Source: Octopus sinensis
Taxonomy: Eukaryota
Assembly (NCBI RefSeq): GCF_006345805.1
Contig: NC_043025.1
Location: 5,022,001-5,086,000 of the forward strand
Length of the DNA: 64,000 nucleotides
Direction: 5' to 3'
Every line of letters begins with the position of its first letter. Positions within the stretch are counted from its first letter, which is position 1. The notes under the pieces are model-generated. The model was not told the origin of the DNA and did not search any database. It saw only the letters and a list, made by a program, of their open reading frames with translations. Of this stretch, positions 33,136-46,165 are shown piece by piece. The translations under genes were made by a program, and so were the position numbers.

Positions 33136-34289
33136 GGCTAGGTTTAAATAAGGGGCCACAGGCAGGACAACGGCTACAGAGATAGGGATTGGTTTATGCG
33201 CAGCTAACCCTACACAATATTTTACGTAGTGATATGATGTTGTAGGTGGGGTGGGGTGGGGTCGCTGGTGGAGCTGCTTGCAACAACATCAAGTACAACG
33301 AATACAACAACAACAACAAGCCTAGCAGTGGTCCTACCTCCACATGGTACCTGATGGAAAAACTCAAATATAGGCAACGAAAAAATAACCCGAGTAGTTA
33401 GCAAGGGAGAAATATAGAAAACTGTGGGCAGAGAAGAAATAGGGGCAAGCGTAGGGGACAGAGGGTGGTGCATTCTAAACTTGTGATGGGAAAGGGGATG
33501 AAAAAGACGGGGAGGGGGGTTTCGGATGGGTCGCTTGTAATAATAATAATACTAACAACACCACTGACAATGAAAAGAACAAGCTGAAGAAGATTCTTAC
33601 CTCCATGCAGGGACTGATTGAAGAGCTCACCTATAATGGGGCCACATCTCAGCTGGTTGCTGTAGGGCCCCAAAATGTGGACCAAGAAAGGGAGGGGACA
33701 AGAGGGAAAGAGGGTGCTGTGTGCATTGATGGGAGCAAACATGAAAATGACCGACCGCCACCACCATAAACTAAAAAGGGACAACAACAACAATAATAAT
33801 AGGGGCCACAACAACAACAACAACAACGACGACGACACCAAGTGCGAACCTAATGAGCAAAGAGGTTCGTTAACTTACAGCATTGACTAACAGTAGAGGC
33901 AGGAACCAGTTCAAACCAGTCGACGCTATTGTAGTCGGTAACATCTAGAGAGAGAATTAAAGTTGCTACTAATTAACACAGGACAACAAACGAAACAAAC
34001 AATTTAACGAGGTGATTAACGCAAGCACCTGGGTTGATGAAATTCATCGCAAAGGGCCAGTAGTATTCTCCTGGGCCCCCCCCATCAGAATTTCACGACA
34101 GGTACATATAAACATACAGGGTTATAGACACAAAGACAGACAGACAGACACACATTTTCATCATCATCATATTTTACATTTAATGCCTATGTTTCCACAG
34201 CTGCAGGGGTCAAAATGTCTTGGGGGTACCCTATGAGATGAAATATCAAATGTACCCCCAATTGTACCAGTACAGTTTTTTATCTTTTG

Positions 34290-34655
34290 CCTTTGCAATC
34301 AATGGACTGTGGCCATGCTGGGGCACTGCCTTGAAGAATTTTTCTTTCTTTGGTTGAGCGAATCAAACCCAGTACTTTTTTTTTTCCTTAAAGTCTGGTA
34401 CTGTCAGTCCATTTTGCTGAACTGCTAAGTCACAGGCATGTAAACACACCAACATCGGTTGTCAAACAGTAGTGGGGGAGAAACACACATACATATATGA
34501 TGGGCTTCTTTCAGTTTCTTTCTACCAAATCCACTCACAAGGCTTTGGTTAACCCAAAACATTAGTAGAAGACACTTGCCCAAGGTGTCATGCAGTGGGA
34601 CTGAACCCGGAACCATGTGGTTGGGAAGCAAGCCTCTTACCACACAGCCGTGCCT
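34290..34655 (-). mobile_element. Family C CORE-like SINE
   Basis: Reverse complement of family C from GACTGTGGCCATGCTGG to TTACCACACAGCC. Confidence 0.85.
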
Positions 34656-34995
34656 ATGTATAAATGTCTATATATATATATATTGAGCTCCAATGTCATT
34701 ATTGGCTGAGTACTCCACAGACGCGCGTACCCTTAATGTGGTTCTCAGGGAGAAGGTTGGCCCTTCTGAAATACAAGTCCAACTCATTTTTTGCCAACTG
34801 AGTGGACTGGAGCAACATGAAATAAAGTGTCTTCCTGAAGGGCACAACATGCCACTGGGAATTGAACCCGTGACCTTATGATTGATTATGAGCCGGATAC
34901 CCTAACCTATATATATATACATATATATACATATATATTATATATATATATATATATAATATATGTATATATATATATACGTATATATATATACG

Positions 34996-35030
<35 letters not shown>

Positions 35031-35383
35031 GCATATATGGGTACAGGACACCAAAAAAAAAAACATTGACTACAATGAGAAACAAAAACATAGAAACAAA
35101 AACATGGAAACAAATGTCTTCGTTTCTCATTGTGTTCAACGTTTTTTTTTTATGTCCTGTACCCATATATGCATCTATATATACATATAGATGTAGGTTT
35201 GTATATATATATGTATGTATATATGCATATGGTTATATATTATTTATGTTATTATATGATCAAACACCACACATCCATTTCCAAGTATATACATATATAT
35301 ACATATATATATATATGCATATATATGTGTGTATATATATATATATATACGTAATATATATATATTATACGTATATATAATAC

Positions 35384-35453
<70 letters not shown>

Positions 35454-35572
35454 TTATATATATATATACGATATATATACGTATATATATATATATATAT
35501 AGTATATATATATATATACGTATATATATACGTATATATATATTATACGTATATATATACGTATATATATAT

Positions 35573-35606
<34 letters not shown>

Positions 35607-36766
35607 ATAATATATATATATGTATATATATATATGTATATATATATATAGTATATATATATATACCAACCATGTCTGCATATTCCGAAAAAAAAGAAAA
35701 GTTTTAATGCATAAAAACTTAAGGGAGCCCCAACTTCACATAAAGGATCTGGGGTGATTTTCTGAGACATGATTTTAGGGAAAAAAAATGTCCGACATGC
35801 CATCAAACAGAGAAGATTTTTTTTCTCTGACTGGATATCCTCCTCGTCATCAATTCTTACCTGTTTCTAAGCAAGGTAAAAATTTCCTGTGGCCAGGGAT
35901 CTTTGCCACAAGAAACTGAAAATGAACAACAGGGGTACCTTTACTTGAGAAACAGGAGTAAGAGTTTGAGACAGGAAGATCACTTTCACGGAAAATCCGG
36001 ATTACTTTCTGTCTAACCCATGCCAGCAGGGAAAAAATGGAAGTTAAACACACACACACACAGTCATACACAAACACGATCACATGAATATATTCAGAGA
36101 AACATACATATATATATTTACAAACACGCAAACACATATACAGAAGATACTGAAGGAGCGTCCACGTGGTCACATAACCTGCAAGAAATAGAAGCCAAAG
36201 CGACACAAAAATCACACCCCAACCATCTTAAAGAAGGATGGATCTAGTTAATTAATAGAAAGTGCAATTAATATGTACTGTGCTTAATGATCTGAAATGA
36301 AAGACAATATGGTGACACGTTAAACACATCTCAAAACAGGCCATAATAGGTCAGAGATAACCAGGGGTTCAACAACAACAACAACAACACATACTGAGAC
36401 AGTTATCAGTTTATAAAGTCATTAGGTAACCCTAACGAGATAAATTACATCAACAAACCACAAACACATACATATATACTCTTGCGAGATGGGTGAGGCA
36501 GTTTGGCAAGAACTGGTGAGTTGCTTGCTGGGCAGCATTGAGCTCCAATGTCATTATTGGCTGAGTACTCCACAGACACGCGTACCCTTAATGTGGTTCT
36601 CAGGGAGAAGGTTGTCCCTTCTGAAATACAAGTCCAACTCATTTTTTTGCCAGCTGAGTGGACTGGAGCAACATGAAATAAAGTGTCTTGCTGAAGGATA
36701 CAACATGCCACTGGGGATTGAACCTGTGACCTTATGATTGATTATGAGCCGGATACCCTAACCACT

Positions 36767-37118
36767 GTGAAGGCGCGTGGCTCAGTGGTTAGAGTGTCGA
36801 GCTTACGATCGTGAGGTTGTGAGCTCGAATCCCGGACCGGGCGGCGTGTTGTGTTCTTGAGCAAGGCACTTTATTTCACGTTGCTCCAGTTCACTCAGCT
36901 GTAGAAATGAGTTGCGACGTCACAGGTGCCAAGCTGTATCGGCCCCTTTGCCTTTCCCTTGGACAACATCGGTGGCGTGGAGAGGGGAGACCGGTATGCA
37001 TGGGCGACTGCTGGTCTTCCATGAAACAACCTTGCCCAGACTTGTGCCTCAGAGGGTAACTCTCTAGGTGCAAACCCATGGTCAGTGTATGACCGAAGGG
37101 GGTCACTACTACTACTAC
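36767..37118 (+). mobile_element. Intact family B tRNA SINE nested in another SINE head, 13-bp TSD
   Basis: tRNA-like head GGCGCGTGGCTCAGTGGTTAG...CTCGAATCCC, (ACT)n tail, TSD TACCCTAACCACT at 36754-36766 and 37119-37131. Confidence 0.88.
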
Positions 37119-38121
37119 TACCCTAACCACTCAGCCACTCACCTTCACAGTAACAACAATAATAACAACAACAGTTACAGAGATGACTATCAGTGTCTTT
37201 CACGTTCATTCACACAGAAGTGAAACATTTCATCAATGATCACCACAGGTAAACAAAAAACAAAAACATGTACAGCCACAGAGGCAGAGACACAGGCGGG
37301 TGGACAGACAACCTGAATAACATCAGAGTCTTTTGCTCTCACCTGAAAATAAAATGTTATTAGACAAAAGTGATTGATAAAAATGAGACTAATGAATGGA
37401 AGATTGACGAATTAGAATAGGTAAGAAATGCAGTTGATAAAGATGAAACATGATGGAATCAACACAATAAAAAAAAGTATATATATTTAATTAAATAAAT
37501 AAATACATGAGGAAGTACAATAGACAAAGAAATTTAATTTAACCCTTTCGATACCGATCTCCTTGAAACCACCTTTGGTTCTGGTACAAACCTGTTACCA
37601 TTTCAGTTCAGTTCTAAGCGAAACATTGAATTAATATAATGGAAACGTTCCAAAGTTGCACTTGTATTGCAAGTATCCTTCATCTGATCTGAGAATGTGC
37701 TACATTGCTGGTGAGCCGTCTGAGCTGTTTAATTGAACACAGAACTGTTAATTTCACTTTAAATAGATTTCATGAAGTGTCGAAATTTCCATCACACATC
37801 AGGGGTACCTTTACTTGAGAAACAGGAGTAAGAGTTTGAGACAGGAAGATCACTTTCACGGAAAATCCTGATTACTTTCTGTCTAACCCATGCCAGCAGG
37901 GAAAAAATGGAAGTTAAACACTGTGTGGTTAAGAAGCTTGAATCCGAACCGCCTGGTTCTGGGTTCAGTCCCTCCCACTGCATGTGCCTTCTACTATAGC
38001 CCTAGGCTGCCCAAAGCCTTATCAGAGGAAACTAAAAGAAGCCCATTGTATCATCATCATTTAGTGTCTGTTTCCATAAAAGCATGGCAAAGTTGACATC
38101 AAAAGAATATTAAAATGAATA

Positions 38122-38515
38122 TCTTTATATATAAAAGTCAAGTTGTGTGTCTGTCTCCTACGATTTAGATTCCTAACTACTCCCACATTTTGCGGTGCAG
38201 TTTAACCAAATTCGGGTATCTTATAGTCGTGATTCATATCGAGCCCTTCTGGGTATTAGCGTGCGTCTACGATGCGTCTACGATTTAAAAAAAAATTTAC
38301 CATCATTTTTCCCATTTTTAATGCATTTTTTTGCAATTATATAAGGGAAGTAACTCTCTAAAAATTTATTATTAAATCTCAGAACGTAAAAAGCTACAGT
38401 AACGCCCCTCTTTGTGGTTAGCCATATTGAAATGGCTATTATACTTTACATCTCTAAAAATGCTTATATAGTTATTTCCCTTACAAACCTGAGCAACGCC
38501 GGGCGATAATGCTAG
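38122..38515 (+). mobile_element. Non-autonomous Helitron
   Basis: A|TC 5' end (ATCTTTATATATAAAAG), TGTCTGTC motif, subterminal GC hairpin CCTGAGCAACGCCGGG and CTAG|T 3' end. Confidence 0.8.
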
Positions 38516-38809
38516 TATCTTATAAACGTGCCTCCTTATATATTTGTGTGCACTTGTCTTGACGATGTGAAATAATTATAAATGTGTTAGTGACGTGGGT
38601 ATATATATGTCTGGTGTAAAATGGCATAGCCACAAATAATTTATTGGTTATGGTTACCTGAAAATAACCTGTCACAGAAATGTATGCTAATGCGGAACAC
38701 ACCCTGTACTACTTGAACATAGGTAAGATATTCTCACTATTGACTGCTCAACTAGTGACTGTTAAACCAACACACATTGAACTGACACGGTAAACCAACA
38801 CGGTCAAAG

Positions 38810-39230
38810 TTAGTTAATTTTTTGGCTCAAAAAGCAAAAAGCAAGGCCATGTAGGGGGACATGGAGTTATATACAGGGTGGTGTTCATGTAAAGAGTTCA
38901 GGCCGCTTGTGGTCAAGGGAGACTTTGAACCGCCGGTCGTCGGCATCTTCACTATCTCGTCCAGCAGCTTATTCCACGGATCCGCAACCCGGACGGAGAA
39001 AGCCCCTCTCCTTCGATTGAGATGAAATCGTTGCAGATAGAGCTTTTCGGAGTGACCCCACAGCCGAAGCTCAGGAGCAGGCATGAAGAACAGCTCTTTC
39101 GAGAGTTTACACTTTCCGCTTATGATGTTGTGAGCAAGAATGAGATCACCTCGGCGGTGGCGTTTTTCTAGAGAATAAAGGTCGAGTATCTTCAGCCTTT
39201 CTTCGTAAGACAAACTAACCCCATCAACTA
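38810..39230 (-). mobile_element. CR1-clade LINE 3' fragment
   Basis: SYEERLKILDLYSLEKRHRRGDLILAHNII...GHSEKL...FSVRVADPWNKL matches the CR1 ORF2 C-terminal signature. Confidence 0.9.
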
Positions 39231-40566
39231 CACCCCCCCCCCTGGCACTTCACTTGTAATCGATTAGTCCACCTTCAGTCACATGGGGGGGGGGTGTTCA
39301 GGATTCTCCCATAACAAAATGTATAAGGATTTGGTTCGCAAGATTCTTTATGTGAGTTTGTGTGTTGAAGCATATTTTGTTGTGCCAGGGGAGGGTCATT
39401 CTCTTTTGGTGTCTTATAATTTAACACACTCACTGGTCCAGTTTCCACTCATTTATTTATTTTTCTAAAATTTTCGTTGCATCGTGCAAACCTTTTCAAT
39501 AGTTGTTGACTCTCCCCAGACACAACATGCTCCCAAAATTTCAGGGTTTGTAACTATTGTAGCAAGGATTATTATGAAGGCCATGAGCTGGCAAACCCAT
39601 CAGCATGTTGGACAAAAATGTTTAGCAGCATTTCTTTCAGTTATGCTCTGAGTTCAAATCCCACCAGGGTCAATTTTTGCCTTTTATCCTTTTTAGGGCT
39701 GACCACGGTTGCAATACCAGAGGGCGCACACTCTCCTACCCTGATGTAATCTCCAGGGATACAGGCATCCAGCAACAGGACCTCCGTAATGCTATGATGG
39801 ACTGTGAAGTCTGGCATGGCATGGTAAATTCCATTGTCTCGACCACGGTCGAACAATGATGATGATGATTGCAACAGACCAAATTGTGTAACATTGCACA
39901 ATGCTATGCAATGGAAATTTCAACACCTCATGAGATGAATTTGAAGTGAGTTTAACAGCTCTGAAAGTTAATTAAACGGCTAAAATGGGGGTTCATACAC
40001 AATGCCATGGAAAAACAAAACAATTATTTCAAATTCTTCCAAATTCTACGTAGTTTTATCAAGATTTACTGAAATGCATACAAGTAATGAATTCTATAAG
40101 AAATATTGTAAAGAAAGGGTTAAAATAACTCACACAGCAACAGACAATTTCTGCAAAAAGAACCCAAAACACAAAAAAAAAAAGCATGCGCTAATTGGTT
40201 AGTTCGTTTGCGATAATGAAAAAGTTTTAAAAGATTACAAAAAAAAAAATTATATATATATATATATATAAAAAAATCAACTTAAAAAAAAGTGAGTATG
40301 GCAGCTTTATCCCACAACCTGATGTGGTCAGTTTGGGTGGGTGAGAGACTTTTATTGTGGCTGGGCAGGGCATTGTTAGCAAGTTTTTAACCAAACACCA
40401 AACTTTTATCGGCACAAAAAAAAAAAAAAAAAAAAAAGAAAAATAGCTGAAACTGTGGTTAATAAGGTTTGATTGAGGAGAGAGAGCAATAGAGGGGAGA
40501 GGGTGAGAGAAAAATTTGGAGAGAGACAGAGAGACAGAGAGGGGGGAGAATGGAGATGATGATAAT

Positions 40567-40963
40567 AATAGCCCTGCCAGGAACAGCCCACATCCTGCGC
40601 AAGGCACCATCGGTTCAATAATACAACCCAAATAAAACCACCCACAAAGACAAGCCACCCTCTATATAGCAAAGGTCCAATAAAATAAACAACCTCACAA
40701 CAGGTACTCTACAGGGTGGATACCCAACAGAAGAACACAACTCACATTACACACACAACACAAACACTAAAACAACAAAAACCTGCAACCAGACCCCATA
40801 AAAAACAGAAACTGACGCAATACAATACCAGGAAGAGCTTGGACCCAAATTGTACAAGCAAAAACAAAAAAAAAAAGAACACACAATACTGCACACACAC
40901 CCCAGCAACATGGAGGTGTAGCAGTTGACGCAGTAGAAATCTGCCTGAAACTATCAAATGTTG
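40567..40963 (+). mobile_element. R4/Dong-clade LINE, short 5'-truncated copy
   Basis: Near-identical to 43216-43613; starts in IALPGTAHILRK; ends at (AAT)n. Confidence 0.85.
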
Positions 40964-40982
40964 AATAATAATAATAATAATA

Positions 40983-41630
40983 AATGCCCTGATGCAGTAC
41001 CAGGCAGTGGCTCTCGTGACTTCTGATCTTAACTGATTGGAAGTGTTATCATGTACATTGTTTTGTCTTGGTATAAAAGATGGGCTACAGCAAATATTCT
41101 GCTCAATACCACAGATTTGCTAATGCCCTGATGCAGTACCAGGCAGTGGCTCTCATGGCTTCTGATCTTAACTGACTGGAAGTGTTATCATGTACGTTGT
41201 TTTGTCTTGGTATAAAAGATGGGCTACAGCAAATATTCTGCTCAATACCACAGATTTGCTTGTCAGTTGTTTGCCCTTAACCAGTTGAATATGTCCCTTA
41301 GTGGCTGACGATATGTGCATCTCTGATCACGAGCAGAAGTAGTGGGGGAGCATCATAGCCATGTGTTGAGAGGGATTCTTTGGGGTTTGAATAATTCACC
41401 TTTAGAAACACAGGTGTTTCGTTCAACATCCTTAAACAATCCTTATTCAGGGACCTTTTGAGCGGGATAGGCTACTCAACCTGAAGAAAATTTTAACTGG
41501 GCCCCACCTGCTAGGTCATGTGCTGTTTATCTTGATACAAGATCACCATGTCATGTACGTATGTTGTGATGCATGTGCCTGGTGTACCCTCATCAGACGG
41601 GGCTTCGTATATTTTACCCGAGTGTCATTT
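40983..41630 (+). mobile_element. Dispersed element with two 139-bp monomers
   Basis: Monomers at 40983 and 41122, then shared body. Confidence 0.85.
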
Positions 41631-41992
41631 TGATTAGTTGAATTACATCGGCTGCAGTATCTCACTGGTACTTAATTTATTGACCCTGAAAGGATGAAAG
41701 GCAAAGTCGACCACAGCGGAATTTGAACACAGAATGTAGCGGCAGACGAAATACCGTTAAGCATTTGCCTGGGGTGCTAACAGTTCAGCCAACTTGTCAC
41801 CTTAATAACAATAATAATGATTTCAAATTTTGGCACAAGGGGACAAGTCAATTACATTACATTGACCCCAGTATTCAACTGGTACTAATTTTATAGACCC
41901 TGAAAGGGTGAAAGGTGAAGCTGAACTCAGCTAAAATTGAACTGAAAACATAAAGACATGCAAATGATTCTGCCAGCTCGCCACCCTCAATG

Positions 41993-42024
<32 letters not shown>

Positions 42025-42044
42025 TATAAATAATAATAGGTGTA

Positions 42045-42420
42045 GGAGTGGCTGTGTGGTAAGTAGCTTGCTTACCAACCACATGGTTCCGGGTGACGTC
42101 TCACTGCGTGACACCTTGGGCAAGTGTCTTCTACTATAGCCTCAGGCTGACCAAAGCCTTGTGAGTGGATTTGGTAGACGGAAACTGAAAGAAGTCCGTC
42201 GTATATATGTTTATGTGTGTATATGTTTGTCCCCCCAACGGCGCTTGACAACCTGTGCTGGTGTGTTTATGTCCCCGTAACTTAGCGGTTCGGCAAAAGA
42301 GACCGATAGAATAAGTACTGGGCTTACAAAGAATAAATTCTGGGGTCGATTTGCTCGACTAAAGGCGGTGCTCCAGCATGGCCGCAGTCAAATTACTGAA
42401 ACAAGTAAAAGAACAAAAGA
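42045..42420 (+). mobile_element. Family C CORE-like SINE
   Basis: Full head-to-tail match to family C. Confidence 0.9.
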
Positions 42421-42590
42421 AGAACAAAGAACATAATAATAGTAATAATAACAACAACAACAATGAAAGTCCAGTCCTTGCCCAATCTGAATATATATAT
42501 ATATATATATATATATAGACCGGAGTAAACACATAAATGTGAAACAAGGTGGAAAAAAGAGTACTCAAATACCAGTGGTAGAGTAATATG

Positions 42591-42771
42591 CTTTATTTTA
42601 AGCAGCAGAAAATTCAACAAAATCTGTTACTCTGAGTTTCTCGTTGCCGTTCATCAGACAGTTTTTGCTAGAATGGAACTTATATATTCTATAGCAAAAA
42701 CTGTCTGATGAACGGCAACGAGAAACTCAGAGTAACAGATTTTGTTGAATTTTCTGCTGCTTAAAATAAAG
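42591..42771. ncRNA. Perfect 80-bp inverted repeat carrying a type I hammerhead-ribozyme motif on each strand
   Basis: 42591-42670 is the exact reverse complement of 42692-42771; plus strand reads GCAAAAACUGU CUGAUGA ACGGCAACGA GAAAC UCAGA GUA ACAGAUUUUGU. Confidence 0.62.
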
Positions 42772-42787
42772 TATATATATATATACA

Positions 42788-43613
42788 GACCAAGTACGTA
42801 GTTATATCCACTGGACAATATGCCAACACTACAACATAAACACAGGAAGTGGTATAAACATGTGCCAAACAAGGTACATGACACTGACCGGGCCACGATC
42901 ATCTGGCATGTGCCTGTTCAAACTGACAAAGAAGTAAAGGCTAATCGCCCAGACATAGTAATCAAGGACTGGAAAAGCAAAAACCACCTGCTTACTGACA
43001 GACATTGCAGTTCCCTGCTGACCAAAATACAGCCCAAAAGGAAGTGGAGAAATCGTCGAAGTACAAAGACCTCAAAATTGAAGAGTCCTAGATATGTGGG
43101 GTATGAAGGTGAAAACAATACCAGTAATAACCCGAGCATTCGGTATGATAAAAAAAAACATATGAACAAAAACATAAATGCTAGACCTGAACCCTTGATA
43201 CTAAACACTATCCAAAAAATAGCCCTGCCAGGAACAGCCCACATCCTGCGCAAGGCACTATCGGTTCAATAATACAACCCAAATAAAACCACCCACAAAG
43301 ACAAGCCACCCTCTATATAGCAAAGGTCCAATAAAATAAACAACCCCACAACAGGTACTCTACAGGGTGGATACCCAACAGAAGAACGCAACTCACATTA
43401 CACACACAACACAAACACTAAAACAACAAAAACCTGCAACCAGACCCCATAAAAAACAGAAACTGACGCAATACAATACCAGGAAGAGCTTGGACCCAAA
43501 TTGTACTAGCAAAAACAAAAAAAAAAGAACACACAATACTGCACACACACCCCAGCAACATGGAGGTGTAGCAGGTGATGCAGTAGAAATCTGCCTGAAA
43601 CTATCAAATGTTG
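42788..43613 (+). mobile_element. R4/Dong-clade (restriction-like endonuclease) LINE 3' fragment, frameshifted
   Basis: YIHWTICQHY / KWYKHVP / IWHVPVQTDKEVKANRPDIVIKD / IAVP / IQKIALPGTAHILRKALS* are RLE-domain motifs of R4-type elements; ends at (AAT)n. Confidence 0.85.
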
Positions 43614-43649
43614 AATAATAATAATAATAATAATCATAATAGTAATTCT

Positions 43650-44042
43650 TTTATTCTTTTACTTGTTTCAGTCATTCGACTGCGGCTATGCTGGGGCACT
43701 GCCTTTAGTTGAGAAAATCGACCCCAGGATTTATTCTTTGTAAGCCCAGTACTTATTCAATTGGTCTCTTTCGCTGAACCGCTAAGTGACGGGGACGTAA
43801 ACACACCAGCATCGGTTGTTCATGAGCAATGTTGAGGGACAAATACAGACACACAAACACATATATATTTACATATATTCGACGGGCTTCTTTCAGTTTC
43901 CTTCTCCCAAATCCACTCACAAGGCTTTGGTCAGCGCAAGGCTATAGTAGAAGACACTTGCCCAAGGTGCCATGCAGTGGGACTGAACCCGGAACCATGT
44001 GGTTGGTAAGCAAGCTACTTACCACACAGACACTCCTGCACC
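43650..44042 (-). mobile_element. Family C CORE-like SINE
   Basis: Reverse complement of family C, full length. Confidence 0.9.
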
Positions 44043-44332
44043 TAATAATAATAATAATAATCCTTTCTACTCTAGGCACAAGGCCAGTAAGTTTGGGGGA
44101 GGGGTAGGTCAATTACATCGAGCCCACTGTTCAACTGGTCCTTATTTGACCAACCCCAAAAGGACAAATGAAAGGCAGAGTCAGCCTCATCAGAATTTGA
44201 ACTCAGAACGTAAAAATCAATTATATGTCATTAAGTGTTTTGCCTGGCATGCTAACGACTCTGCCAGCTCACTGCCTCATTGTAAAATTGATGATATTAA
44301 TAGGTTAAATTGAAAGCTACCCTGATAAAGCA

Positions 44333-44700
44333 ATGGCCCAGTGGTGAGGGCAGCGGACTCGCGGTCATAGGATCGCGGTTTCGATTCCCGGACCGGGCGT
44401 TGTGAGTGTTTATTGAGCGAAAACACCTAAAAGCTCCACGAGGCTCCGGCAGGGGATGGTGGTGATCCCTGCTGTACTCTTTCACCACAACTTTCTCTCA
44501 CTCTTACTTCCTGTTTCTGTTGTACCTGTATTTCAAAGGGCCGGCCTTGTCACTCTCTGTGTCACGCTGAATATCCCCGAGAACTACGTTAAGGGTACAT
44601 GTGTCTGTGGAGTGCTCAGCCACTTACACGTTAATTTCACGAGCAGGCTGTTCCGTTGACGGATCAACTGGAACCCTCATCGTCGTAACCGATGGAGTGC
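44333..44700 (+). mobile_element. tRNA-derived SINE (family D)
   Basis: GGCCCAGTGGTGAGGGCAGCGGACTCGCGG...GGTTTCGATTCCCGGACCGGGCG head followed by a non-tRNA body. Confidence 0.75.
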
Positions 44701-45468
44701 TTCCAAACCTGATACTCCCACTCCACCCCCCACCCCCACTATCACCAAGACCATCAACAGCAAAAACAAACGAACAATCAAATGAAAAACAGGGCCAAAC
44801 ATAAAAGTCTTGACCCCCTCGAAATTCAACAGCAAGATGTTAGTGCACTCATAAATTGGAGGGGAGGGGCAGGAACGGTAGCAGAAAAGGAAGAACAAGA
44901 ACACCAAGACAAAAAAATAAATTTAAATACCACACACAAAAAAAAAACAAAAAACAACACAGTGAACAAAAATATCAAATCCAAAGCAGGTGAAAAAAAA
45001 ACACACACACACAAAAAAAACAAAAAAAAAACAAAAAAAAACACAGTGAACAAAAATATCAAATCCAAAGCAGGTGAAAAAAAAACACACACACAAAAAA
45101 CAAGAACAAAACAAAAAAAAAAACAACCCAACCCTTTCTTTTCCGAAAACTGAGACACTTCTTGGCATTTTCAAACAGAGAGGAGAAGCAGTTAGTAAGA
45201 GAGGTTTAGGGGCAGTATCGGGCCCAGGGTGTGAAATAATAATGCTTTTTAATTTCGGTAGAGAGACAGCAGCTCTGAGAGGAGAGAAGAATTTATCAGA
45301 TTGATGCTAGTTGAATCCAGAAAGTTTGCCACAGAAAAAAACTGGCCTCAGGATTTGGGGCTGTAGAAAAGTTCGCTGCATAGGAAATTCTGCAGCAAGA
45401 CAAAAGACGAACTGTTCCCCTTGGAGCAATAAATGCTTCAACCAATAAGAAGGGGGTAAAGGTCTGCG

Positions 45469-46165
45469 CCCCCAAAGTCCATCCCCTCCTCAGCGCGGTG
45501 GGGACGCTGGCAACGGGTAGTGTCAGAGCTATGCTGTCGGGAACTCCGGTTCCTGGTAGAGCCACCCAAGGCGGATTGGTCTGACACCGAGTGGTATTAG
45601 GGCCACAACCCGGTGAAAATCCTCGGAGTGTCTGTTTGTGTCCCCAAAGTCCATCCCCTCCTCAGCGCGGTAGGGACGCTGGCAACGGGTAGTGTCAGAG
45701 CTATGCTGTCGGGAACTCCGGTTCCTGGTAGAGCCACCCAAGGCGGATTGGTCTGACACCGAGTGGTATTAGGGCCACAACCCGGTGAAAATCCTCAGAG
45801 TGTCTGTTTGTGTCCCCAAAGTCCATCCCCTCCTCAGCGCGGTGGGGACGCTGGCAACGGGTAGTGTCAGAGCTATGCTGTCGGGAACTCCGGTTCCTGG
45901 TAGAGCCACCCAAGGCGGATTGGTCTGACACCGAGTGGTATTAGGGCCACAACCCGGTGAAAATCCTCAGAGTGTCTGTTTGTGTCCCCAAAGTCCATCC
46001 CCTCCTCAGCGCGGTAGGGACGCTGGCAACGGGTAGTGTCAGAGCTATGCTGTCGGGAACTCCGGTTCCTGGTAGGGCCACCCAAGGCGGATTGGTCTGA
46101 CACCAAGTGGTATTAGGGCCACAACCCGGCAGACAGGGCTCTGGTGAAAATCCTTGGAGTGTTTG
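45469..46165. repeat. GC-rich 172-bp tandem repeat, about 4 copies
   Basis: CCCCAAAGTCCATCCCCTCCTCAGCGCGG recurs at 172-bp spacing (ORF-track repeats at 45529, 45701, 45873, 46045 agree). Confidence 0.95.

Noticed and set aside
36771-36845. tRNA genes at the tRNA-like heads (also 44333-44400, 49042-49130, 60135-60215)
   Set aside because: A and B boxes are present but acceptor and anticodon stems do not close, and each continues into a SINE body and tail.
45469-46165. Hammerhead/retrozyme in the 172-bp unit (minus-strand CUGAGGA)
   Set aside because: No GAAA plus UH at a compatible distance and no helix II or III.
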